NCBI GenBank assembly: GCA_040285825.1
Contig: JAUPSS010000006.1
Coordinates: 744,001-808,000 of the forward strand
Direction: 5' to 3'
Length of the DNA stretch: 64,000 bases
Source of the DNA: Eukaryota sp. TZLM1-RC
Taxonomy: Eukaryota; Protista; Metamonada: BaSk clade
A model generated the notes under the pieces. The model was not told the origin of the DNA. It was given only the letters and a program-made list of their open reading frames with translations, and made no database searches. This document shows, piece by piece, positions 28,140 to 39,851 of the stretch. How positions within the stretch are numbered: position 1 is the first letter of the stretch; every line of letters starts with the position of its first letter. A program made the translations under genes and the position numbers.

Positions 28140-28497
28140 CAAGACACAAGCCCATCAACTAGGAGCTGCTGGTAGTTGCCTCGCAGCTGGCGACACCTTG
28201 CATTCACTAGTTGTTGGAGAGGCCTACTAGTGGGTAGTGCATGATTCTGACCTGTTCATAACATGAACAAGACAGCAAAAGCCCATGTGTAGAGATTCGC
28301 TGGAGCTTTTTATACACATGACCTTTGCCAGATCTGTTGAATGGATGACTGACTTTTGGCTGAGAGCCCGCCCAAAAGGCCAGATACTGGCACACCAGAG
28401 CGGGATTAGGGGTGAATCTTCCTTTGGCCACAATAATTACTCTTGCGTTATGTGCACCAGGTTCCATAAACAAAATAAAATAATAACACAAGACGTT
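28140..28497. repeat. Dispersed unknown-gene fragment (copy 46436-46725; inverted copy ~36790-37010)
   Basis: Shared peptide SQPKVSHPFNRSGKGHVYKKLQRISTHG on the minus strand here. Confidence 0.8.
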
Positions 28498-28776
28498 TAT
28501 GATGATGACGATTATGGAGGAGAAACTCAAAATAAGGAAAAACAAACAAGGAATTTAAACTAGTGATGTCGTGATGTCACGTCATACTTTCCTAAATCAG
28601 AAAGCACCTTTAGTCTAAGCTAACATATATGTATAACATGTCCTAAGTTCGGTGTTCTTAGATGCATGGGCCCTTGCAGGACACAAGCTTTTGTGAAGAC
28701 AACAACATGTCGCATGTACACTTTATTCACGCAACAAACAAAGAAAATGCTGATTGTTTAATCCTTTCACTGTTTA

Positions 28777-29090
28777 AGCTTTTGTCTTTCCAGTACCTGC
28801 TTCTCCCCAATACCTATGGTTCAACTATTATTTGTTACATACCATTTAACGGTTGGAGCTTCATATGGCTTATCAGCCACTATAATGCGACTTAGAGGTC
28901 TTGCTCTGGCTCCGAACAACATGAATGTTTCCATGTTTTTCTTTGTCGCTGCCATAAAACCTTCGTCAGCATTACTTTCAATCTATTCATCTTATATTCC
29001 GCCCCTTCCATTGCTTCCATATGCTTTAGTTAGCTGTTTTTTGTTATTTACATACCGATCCATTCCGCAACTAGTTCACAACAAAACCAA
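28777..29090 (-). pseudogene. rep: CRESS-DNA-virus-like Rep remnant (start of SF3 helicase) with two mini-introns (29055-29024 and 28842-28814)
   Basis: After removing GTATGT..CTAACTAAAG (32 nt) and GTATGT..CATAG (29 nt), one frame reads EWIAYGSNGRGGI*DE*IESNADEGFMAATKKNMETFMLFGARARPLSRIIVADKPYEAPTVKWYWGEAGTGKTKA. Confidence 0.65.
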
Positions 29091-29650
29091 TATGTTATTT
29101 TGCTTTGAGATCGCCATTGGTATGGAAACCAAATTCGAAATCAATGAGAGCAATTTGTGAAATTTGAGCACATTGGAGTGATCCTCTCCACAACTTACTT
29201 TGCATATCGCCATCACAGATGGTTTGCTGATGGAGGAAAGCTATTCATCGAAATAGAAGTGAAACAAAGTGCCATTGGACGTCATTGAAAAATGTGAACA
29301 GAATATCGAAATTTTGAAAGAGAAGTCGGGTCTTACACAACTTATGTTGATCTGGTGGGTTTCGTGCACATGAATTTCGCATTAAAAACCGAAACAAGAA
29401 GTTTATCAATGTAACATGGAAAACTAATGACAAAGAACAAGAATCTAATTGAACCAATGACACGTCATCAACTCACTACTCAAAATGGTTATAGGTGTTG
29501 CGTAAACTGGAGGTTCTTGTTGCGGAACAACGTCCATTTACAAAACGACGACCAAAAAATACTTTGAATATCATCAGTTGATACTTTTTTCAATTATTTT
29601 AGCATATTTTGATTTGGCCCGCCTGAACCCAATTTCCCCCCACAAGACTA
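29090..29650. repeat. Dispersed unknown-gene fragment (inverted copy of ~4540-5105; also 46727-47160 and a diverged copy at 31300-31560)
   Basis: Conserved peptide G.YTTY..L.GF.H....RSL..EP.TRHQLTT.N.YR. Confidence 0.75.
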
Positions 29651-30637
29651 AGCAATTTCTCTTGGGGACAGCTATTGTGTTTTGTTTGCCTTCGTGGTGT
29701 AATTGTACAGCACCATTTGAACAAACAGTATAGTTACTTTATTTCGATTCATTAGTCGATCAGCTTTCCTTTTGTTTTCAGCAGCGTTACAGAAAATTTT
29801 TCTCAAGTTTTATTCATCAGTTGAGTTATTATCCATAGTGAAATAAAATAGAATTTATAATTCATTATTTTTCTTAAACAATCACAATTGACAACAAAGT
29901 ACATTTTACAACCAACACAATATGCTTATGTATATATAAACAAATGTGAAAACGTCCATTTTTCTATTAATACAAATAAATCTTTATATAAATAAAAATC
30001 GGTGACTATAGGAAATTTATTTCTTCAACAAAGCATGTTGTCAATCGACAATAAGTCCATTTCCTCTTACATAGCAAAATGTAAAAGGGAATATCAGGCT
30101 AGGTATCGTTGAAGTAGAAAAAACAGTTGTCGTAAAGGATAAGTTTTCACTGAATGATAGACTCACGGAAGTACGGAAGGACAGAGACGGACGAGTCTGA
30201 GGAACTGAGAGATGTTAGAAGTGGTTGCTTCGTCAACAGTGGTTTCCCTGGTGGTCATAAATAGGTTAATCATAATTAATCCTATTTCATTATGTATCTA
30301 GTGTTTGTGGTTAGTACATGGAAATTTGTGAAAATATAACTTGTGCCACACTTTTTTCTATGTTGAATTATATTTTGAATTTTGTCACATGTTAAAGAAT
30401 TATAAAAATTAATTTTCACAAGTGAAGTCGTCCTTTATGAATTCTATCATAAATCTATCTGAATATCCGGATTTGTCTTAATTTATGGTGTATGATTTTT
30501 CGCTATTTTGAATATCTGTTTGGTATTCATCATCAATTTTCTATTCTTCAGGTTGAAGAATCTTCTTTTTCATTACATCTATGTGATTTGGATGCTGGTC
30601 CGAAACTGTACCAACTTCCTGGAAATAAATAAATAAA

Positions 30638-30830
30638 ATAAAATCGCGTCATTTTCGCTTTGTACAGAAGTGTTCCCAAGTACATGAGTTTAATGATGTC
30701 CAAACTTTATAAGTATTCATCAAGAGTTGGCGTGGAGAATTTAGTTTCTTATGTGTTTTAGTTTGTTTTGTTTTGATTTGATTCAACGTGGAAAATAGAT
30801 AGATAAATAAAATAAAAAATAAACAAAAAT
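30638..30830 (+). mobile_element. Short 3'-end fragment of RLE-LINE family C
   Basis: Matches the reverse complement of ~57410-57560 (IFALYRSVPKY..SSRVGVENLVSYVF*) and is followed by an A-rich tail. Confidence 0.75.
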
Positions 30831-31639
30831 TTGTTGAAAATTACAGCTTTCAGGAAGCAAAAACATACACCATGGAAACAATGATCTCTGAAACTAGAAA
30901 GTCATTGAAGGTGGACCAATAATAGCTTATCACTCATTAGGTGTGTCCCTTGCTATTTGATGATCCAACTAGGCTCACATTCTTCTTACTATTCCATTAT
31001 ACGCAAACCTTTCATTTCAATATTAAAAGATAATTAAAGTTGAATTTTATATCAATAGGAAATAGCTTGTTATTTAGTTCGATACCAACTATTTCAACTA
31101 CAAACCAATAATAACTGTTCGCAATGTTATTCCTTGTATATTGGTACAAATGCAAAGAAAATTGCATAAAAAACTGTTATAAAACAGCTTCTTAGTCTTC
31201 CCCGCAATAAATTTGTTATTTTTTCTAAGCCTCCGTGTTTGTTTATTTCAAAACTGCATAATTCTGAGAACAACTCCTCTTTTCTTGAATTTTTGGCCTA
31301 TATACATTTTTGGTAGTGAGTTGATGACGTGTAATTGGTTCATTTATATTTTTGTACTTTTTCTCTTGATATTTTCCTTGCTGTATTGCTAAACTTCTTA
31401 TTCCGGTTGATAATGTTGATTTGATGTGCATGAAACCCAACAGAATGGGATAAGTGGTGTAAAGACCCAGTTTCGCTTTCAAACATTCGATACCTTCATC
31501 ACTTTCTCCAATGCCGACCGATGGCACTTTGTTTCACTTATATTTCGATATTTAACTTTCCTCAAGAGATCTGTCATGAATGCTAAAACCTCCGATGTGC
31601 TAGTCTTTCTTTCAGAAGCCAATTTTATCGGCACTTTGA

Positions 31640-32660
31640 CCTCCCTATTGTCTTCTCTGAGTTCCTATTCGACTTCTTCATTTGCCAGGGGAAGAGAACC
31701 ATTGGGCATACATGCTATTTGGGATAGTACCGGCCAAAGACAATCCTACCATCATCCATTTGGTCCATTCCGACGACCAAGAGTTCTACCCTATCTGCTA
31801 CACAGATAGGATACATGAAACAGAGTCTGAGAGATGCTCGGAAAGGAGAAAAGGCAGTGTTAGCCTTGGGTAATATTTTTTCAATCGGCAAAACAACTGT
31901 CATGGTGATATCCATTCTCAAACCATCTTGTGGACATCACCGCAATCAAGTACAATCACTCAACAATCGATTTGAGAAACCCGGTCAACAACTTCCCAAC
32001 AGATCACCAAAATCTCTTAATCCCTGTACAAGTTCGCCAAACCAGTTCTGATATCAACATTATTTTTTATATTAATTCTACGGTTAAGAAAAATTACAGT
32101 AAATCTCAGCGTTCTCCATTTCTAAGACTAGAAAAATCAATAAATGATATTAAAATGATTGCAACTATAGATTCGGCTGCGTTTTGTTCAGTTATTACTG
32201 CAGATTTAGCTGAACAATGCCATATGTCAATCAATAGCAAGGATACTATTAAGTTCTTACCAGCTAATAACTTATCTACAAAATCGCTAGGGAGTGCAAC
32301 TGGTATTCTGTCGTTCAACGTAGGAAGTATTACGCAACAAGTTCACTATTACCATACTCTTCCCATAATCCCAGGTTCGACCAAATTATTAATAGAGATG
32401 GACATGTTAGAAGCATTTGGGCTTAAGCCGGATGATGGTCTCTTCATTAGATTAGACAAAGACCACCAAATTTTGTTAAATGCAGGATGAGAAATCGACT
32501 TTAGATTCGCTTAACATTCGATTGGGAACTTAGATAACCAATCAAAAAGTCCTTCTAATTTTGAAGAGCAATTAACAAGATCTGGATTTGGGATAAAATT
32601 AGATGATATAAATAATAAACTAAAATTAGAGGAACGCCCTGAACGAATTACACATCTAAT
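31640..32660 (+). mobile_element. Gypsy fragments: pol end, PPT and LTR start (31858), then an aspartic protease remnant
   Basis: ggaaaggagaaaaggcag|tgttagccttgg; IATIDSAAFCSVI..KSLGSATG..LPIIPG..LLI, similar to ORF 41391-42038. Confidence 0.75.
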
Positions 32661-35540
32661 ATGGAAGAACTAATCAGTGAAATGCTGGAAGAAGGTTGCT
32701 ATAGAAACACCATTCATACTTCCACAACTATCTTCTAACGGAGTTTCGTCAAGGGAATTGACATGATCTCAACAATTTTCTTCCGTTACTCGCCAATTAT
32801 ACAGATCCACCATTGGAGTATGATTTTCATCCTCAAAATCACATTGATGGTGATCAAAATGATCGTCAGAACAACCATTCAAAATCTCTATCACCAACTC
32901 TGTCCAGTCCAAAAAAGTTAAATTACCGAAAATGCCAATGACTACATTACCTCCACCAGTGAAACGATTTCACTTTAGTAATTCTTAATTGTAATAGTTT
33001 TTGTTTTTATAAATTGAATCTTATTAACTACTATTTGTACATTGATGTATTTTACAAACAATAAAATTCCAGTGTTTGTTTAATGTGCGGCAATACCCAC
33101 AATGTGAAAAAAATTAATTTGAGATTTAGGAATTTCTGTTATTCCGCACCTAATGAAAAACAATTTCTGAAATTTATGCTGCCGTATCAGCCACAAAAAC
33201 AACCTGGAATAATGGGAAATCTACAGCGGTAATATGAACACATTCATCCAACAATTTGTATTTATTAAAAGACGGTTTACCGCAATGCCGGGAACCCATG
33301 GACAGCCCTCAATTGTTTACCCTTTTAGATTTATCTTACAGGAGATCAGAAAAACAACTAACAATCAACTTGTCAGCACCTACGCAATCTGGATTGACGA
33401 ATTACCTGCAGGATAGAAAAATGTTAGAAAACTTAGCTTAATACTGTCTTAAACTGTTATCACATATAAACAACGCATCACAGCACATCGGTAAACTATA
33501 AATAAATGGAACATTTAACATTTTCTGTTGAGGTAAACAACTCCAGATTAATTCGAAAATAAAGATGATGTACGAATTAAACCAACAAAGATCCAAAAAC
33601 ATGTAAACTATACAGACACATGTAATCAGATCTTTCTTGACAGTAACCAACCTTAAACAGTTAAAATCTGAATGATTGATGATAACTCAGTCGTTTATGT
33701 ATTTATGATCAGAGATTCAAAATAAAAAGAATTACTCTCAATATTTGGTGGAGACTCTCAAATTGAAAACAATAATGATGATGAATAGTACTCCTACAAT
33801 AGCATTTAAATAACGAACAACAACAACAACTACTTCATCAAAGCCAACATTAGATGTAACAAGGGTCTCTAGGGTTCATTACTAACTTCATCATCAGAAT
33901 CATCTAAACTTTAAGTGGCATTGGAAAATTTCAAGTTTAAATCGTGTTCACTCAAAAAACTTAAGGTTTACGGTAAATTACATCATAAGAACATGGTAAA
34001 TAACTAAAGCCCAAACCAGTGAAAATCATTCTTAATGAGGAATTTTAGTTAGTTCAATAATAATTAAATCTGAATAAAGAATTAAGATTTCTACTCAAAA
34101 CCATGTTCTAAGTTCAAGTACCACCTTCTCCAACAAATTAACAGTAGAACTCCCAGTGTTTGTGGGTTCAACTCTTTGTGGGAAATCATATGGGGTAATC
34201 ATCAGGGAATAGAGGGTGCAAATGTGATGAAAATCAGCAAGCTTAGGTCAATGAAATGTATAATGAAGTTTACTGGGAAATACAGGTGTGGAATGTACAC
34301 TGAATGACTGGTATTAATTTGAAGTAAAGTAGAATACAGTGTGGAGAAGGACGGTCGTGAATATCAAGTATCTTTCTTGGTAAAAATATCACAAACACAT
34401 CAAGAGAATGATCACGAAGGACATGTGATTCATTAGAGACACATTACCAGGATGATACGAAAGTAGAGGGATTGAACTGAAAGAATTACACCAAGAATGA
34501 AGAGAGTTGGTTTGGCAAGGTTTCAGAGAATATCTTGAAAGGATATCTGTAATGTTTACAGTTTCTGAAGGGTGTAAAAATATCCGATTGATCGGCTTCG
34601 ACAGAAGATTCAGAACGTAATATCCGAGGGTCGTCTAGGTTTAGATTGTGCTACGTCAATAACAGGATTCTTGAACTTTATAGACAGAATAATCAAGGCA
34701 ACTAGGCAACTATGTAAGTCTAAAAAATATGAAGTTATTGCTAAAAACATTTTGGTGTTGGAACAACATGAATGAATTTGAATGTATGAATTGACTCAAC
34801 CCTGTTCTCTTCACCATCATTATATCTCTTTTCTTTGATGGTGAGGAATCTAGATCCGTGGATCATTATTTATGCACCTCCTATACTATTCAGGGTGGAC
34901 GCTACCGATTCGGCGATCTTAACCTTCTGGTTCAATACTTGCTCGGTCTCTCATCCCACACTAATTCTCTTCGTTTTTGTTGCTTATGGGTGTATTACTA
35001 CCTTTCTCTACCATTTGATTAAGTTATCTTCCCTTTCCCCATTTGTAACATCGTCATCACCTCTATTTACTGAAAAATATGCTTTCGTTTCTATTTGACT
35101 TTCTCGTCGATCTGATGTTTTTCTTCATTTAATCTTGTTTAACTATCTGGAAAGCCACCCTCCTGGACTCGAACACTGTACGGATTTCTATTTTCTCATC
35201 GATTTTTCATTATTGTCGTACTGGTTCATCATAAACGCTGTTGATGTTGAATTTAGAATTTGACCAATGTTCAAATATTAGGTCAAAATGATTCAAATTA
35301 TTAAGTTTTTACATTTGCTACATCTCAGTTTTGATTTTAAGGATGCTGTTATAAGTTGTCATTTCATCTGCCCTGGGAATAGTTTATTAACATTTACGAT
35401 TACTGACTTTGATATTGTTCAGTATGAATCTTATACAGGTTTATTTGCGTTGAAAATTTTCAAATGTGATTCAAATTATTCTTTGTTAAATTTACAAGTA
35501 TATATTTACAAGTTTAAATTTATTGCTGTTTTTCAATGAA
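32650..35540 (+). mobile_element. Longest contiguous, diverged copy of the unknown multi-ORF repeat 'element X'
   Basis: Joins in order segments found separately at 62610-62750, 9890-10130, 6295-6715, 10400-10580, 10725-10770 and 11170-12130. Confidence 0.55.
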
Positions 35541-37039
35541 TGTAATAAACCTAATATCCAACGTTTTTTCAATGATACATAGCAAATATACTGATAAAAC
35601 ACAACAAAAGATGGTAAGAAAACCATCTGAAATAAAAAAATAGCATGTTGTTCTTGAAGTCAGCTAACTTGAATTTCAACTCTTTTGTGTACCTTGATTC
35701 TATGCTGTTTTATTATTAGCATTTGTAATTGTTGACGGTAAATAATTGAACATAAATTTGATTTTATTGAACTAAATAAATGACAAATTAATTGAAATTT
35801 AGAATTTAGAATTCTTCTCTGTCAAGGTAATTGTCACGATTCATCAAGTCCTAAATTTAATCCATAACTTTGACCGAATAATCATGAACTATTTTAATAT
35901 GTGCATAATTTGAAATATGATTGAAAAAGAAGAAGAGTTAAAATTCAGCTGAGGTTCGCTATTTGAGTGGGTTGTGAGCACATTTCTTTACTCACCCAGT
36001 TTTCACCCAACTCACAAAACGCTCTTTCACAAGTTATACATAGCCTTTATTGACACACAAGCAGGATTAATCCCGTCTGTAATTCTATATCAGTTCGTCT
36101 TGTACACAATAAGATCCACCTTCTCTTTAAAAAGAAGTGATATGATGTAATCACAACAGCTTGATAAACAGAGACCTTTAACGTCTTACATTAACCTTCC
36201 TTCTTTTGAGAGAGTGCCTATATCAATAAACTTTTGTATCAATCAGCTTTTTCATTTCCATAATTATTAACAAAACCAACAAGCAGACAGTCACTATTAT
36301 GTATGAAAATATACATGCGACATGTTGTTGTCTTCACAGGGTCTTGCGTCCTTAATGGGCCAAGCATCTAAAAACACAAAACTTAGGACCTGTTATGCAA
36401 CAGCAATTACTGTAGCCAATAGAAGATTCACCCCTGTTCCCGCTCAAGCGACTCTAGTGTGCCCCTAGCTGGAACATACTGGTCGAGATGTAATCTCCGA
36501 CTATGTAAAGACACTTAGAGTGTTCGCGTCCCGTATGTCTAACCATCCATTAAAAAAGTGACTATTCATCAGTTGATGCATGTATTATTGTTTTGTGGAT
36601 GTAAGAACTTGAAAACAAACACAATTTAAAAGTAACTGAATCTCAAAAATCAATCATTCTTGCTTGTCTGTGGATTTTATACTTCCAGTAAAGTCTACGA
36701 AATCATGGACACGTGTCTGTTCTCTTCATCAGTTCTTTGAGCGGACAGTGTGTGATTATGTTGATGGACATCTGACCAAGGTGATTACCATGGCTCAACC
36801 AAAAGTTAGACATCCATTCAACAGACCTGGCAAAGGTCATGCGTTTGAAAAGCTCCAGTGAATTTCTACACATGGCCGTTTGCTGTCTTGTTCATGTCAA
36901 GAACAGGTCGTCATCATGCACTACCCACTAGTAGGCCTCTCCAACAACTAGTGAATGCAAGGTGTCGCCAGCAGCTCCTAGTTGATGGGCTTGTGTCTTG
37001 AAAGCTCATCTTTTTCTTCCGTCATCAGCTCCCACTCTT

Positions 37040-38915
37040 TCACAGTTTGACCAATATTCTTGATCCTTGATCTCTATCGAAGACGAAAAGACCCCTTTCC
37101 ACCAAATAGCTAGTTATGACCCAGAAGAACGCTTCAGAGGACTCCCAGCTAGACTCAGAACCGCTTCCTACTTAGAAATGGCTTCATATTATAACCCTGA
37201 TAGTCGATCCTTGCCTTGTCCATGTCAAGCCGGACATGGTTTCCACTATTGCCCTGGCGAGGTACGTTTCTGTGAAGTTGTTGATGATAAATATTATACT
37301 GAAGTAGGAAACAATAACCCTGACACCATGCTTACCCATATCAAGGAACCAGTATCACCGATTATAGACAAAATCAATGTTTCACAAGCCGTTATACCCT
37401 TTGTCCCAATCCCGCTTATCTGTTATGACGCTAAGACCCTTCTATACCCTCCAAACTTGATCTTCCCCTTCTGTCCAATCGAAACCTTTTTCAACCTCCA
37501 TGCCATTGATACTCCACCTTCATGGTATTCCCTTAATCATCGCGACGCCAGCAGGCTTTTGACTGCTACCGCCCTTCGTTCCGAATCAGATCCATTCGCC
37601 ATTCTTAACTCCCTGAAACATTTTTCTTTACTCGATCGTAGGGACATCGATAACATTCAAAATGGATCCTCTCCTTATCATTTTATTCTCTCTACTGACA
37701 TGCTTTATTTATCAACATGTGTTTCCTCTTTCCAAGTCAAAAGATCCTTACGCCTCTGTCGCTCATATGTACCCTGATACCCCAATTCACCCAAAGATCC
37801 ATAATCGTTCTATTCCGATAGCTGATATCATCCAACACGGAAACTGGAATAACCGTCTTTATTTCTATGACCCAACTCTCCCTGCTCGCTCATATCTCCC
37901 TGAAGTGATTCCGCCGAATGCTTTCTTCATAAAACTTAACTGCTTCCCTGCCTGTGTAACCTTAGGACAGTTAATTAACAATATCGAACCCCTGCATCTA
38001 GCTCCCCACAATATCTAGCACGCAATATTTGGAGCGCCGAAGTCAATCCATTCAGATAATGGTACTGAGTTCTGTAACGCTGTCTTCGCCTCGTTATGTC
38101 AACTCTTAAACATAACCCATACCACCTCCATTCCACACTTTCCCCAATCCAATGGTTTGGTTGAAAGACAACACCGTTTCATCCTCCAGAATCTAAGGAA
38201 GATTCTTCTGGACTTTGCTGATTACGAAAATTGGTCTGATTACCTCCCGTTCTGCCAAATGATAGCTAATAGCTATCACCGAAAATCCCTCAACGCAAGT
38301 CCTTATGAACTCATGTTTGGATCCGATGTTTCCCCCAGATTGCTACCCTCTGAAGTTCTACAAGCCTTGTCACCTAAACCAGATAACTTAGATGTCCCTG
38401 AATACATGTTATTCCTAGCCAATCTGTCTGCCCAGGTTCAAGACAAATGGAATGCTGTCCCAACACCTGACCTGCCCGATATAGATCCTCCGGAACCTAC
38501 GTACAAACCTAAAGTTGGATCCCGAGTTTTCATTTTACGAGAAACTCCAAGCAAGTTACATGGTCATTATGTAGGTCCTTTTATCGTGAAAGAAATCTTA
38601 ACTCGAAGTTCTCTCGTAGTTCAAAACCCGGTTACACGAACACAACTGAAGACTTCCATCCATTTACTCAAACCCTGTTTATCCTCCCTGCCTGATAATA
38701 TTCTGAATGCGTACGTTGCTGCCGACGCTGGTGAACTATTAGTCGATGCCATTCTAGATGTTTCCAATGGTCAAGCTACCATCTTATGGTCTGACGGAAC
38801 TCAAACTATCCAGCCAGAAGTTACCGTAAAGAACACCACCGCTTATCACCGGTTTATGAAGATGATGAGCCTTGACAAACCCAGAAGAAGAGGAAAAAGA
38901 AGAAAGAAGAGGTAG
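37040..38915 (+). pseudogene. pol: Gypsy pol 3' region: unknown domain, integrase core (second D and E), GPF motif and chromodomain-like C-terminus
   Basis: FGAPKSIHSDNGTEFCN..PHFPQSNGLVERQHR..NWSDYLP..SPYELMFG..GHYVGPF..ELLVDAILD..ILWSDGTQTIQP. Confidence 0.9.
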
Positions 38916-39099
38916 TGTAGGCTCATGCCAATATAGGTTATAGTTATATTTGTGTATTAGTAGTTACAGTATCACGTGATGCCACGTCATCACTTATTTA
39001 TCTAGACTCTTGTTCAAATTCTCCTGATTATTCACACCCTTGTAATAAACACCCTGATTTCCGTTTATTACCTCGATGCATCCCCATATTGACCCAACA
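38916..39099 (+). mobile_element. 3' LTR (184 bp) of Gypsy family 2, preceded by a polypurine tract
   Basis: agaagaagaggaaaaagaagaaagaagaggtag|TGTAGG...aataaa...CCCAACA. Confidence 0.75.
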
Positions 39100-39389
39100 C
39101 CACCAATTAAGTATGATCATCATCGTCTGATTTACTTTGATGGTCACTCAACCTGCTTGTTTGAAATTATTAATAGTTGTAATCCCTATCACTATATCAA
39201 TAAGAAAGTATCACGTCATCTGTAGTTTAAATTTGTGCTTTGTTTTGATTTTATGATTTTCATAACTCTTTTAGTAAACATCTGTTTTATTTATTTATGT
39301 TTATGACCAATAGTGCACGTTAGACAACAGTAATTACTTCAGCTGTGCTCCCTTGTCCTAAGACTTGTATCATTGGCTGCGACCTTGTC

Positions 39390-39845
39390 AGGAAGCTTGG
39401 AATCCTTACAGAGGACTAGCTATTATTGAACAGATGAGAGAGAAACATACAACTCATGGAAGATGAAGCCATTCCTGATCAGTTCATCGCTCCGTCCGAT
39501 CTAGTCTCTGCCCTATCCTCGTGAGCTGATTTAGAGAAAGCCACATTTTTCCTAAATGATACCAAACTGGATGCTCCATCAAGGATTTGCTGTTTGAGTA
39601 TCCCAAAATATTTTCAAGGTTATCCGCTATTAAAGGAACTGAATGTCCTCCGATGAGAATCCGTTTTCATGACGAGACAAAAATAGTATCGAAGAAGTTC
39701 CGCTACTTACCCCCTGATAAGCTGACATTCGCTAATGAGGGAATGGACGTCCTAATCAATGATTGTTTTGCTGTCCCATAGGATGGCTCTTGGAGCTTTC
39801 CTAACTGTTAAGTACATCACCCTGGTAAGCCGCCACGCCTCATCG
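39390..39845 (+). pseudogene. Gypsy RT N-terminal fragment
   Basis: LFEYPKIFSRL..CPPMRIRF..RYLPPDKL..FAVP*DGSWS..PGKPPRL. Confidence 0.7.
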
Positions 39846-39851
39846 TCAAAG

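Noticed and set aside
30245-30256. TCCCTGGTGGTC resembling a tRNA-Glu 5' end (also ~2790 and ~46130 minus)
   Set aside because: Only 12 nt match, and no D-arm, anticodon arm or T-arm follows.
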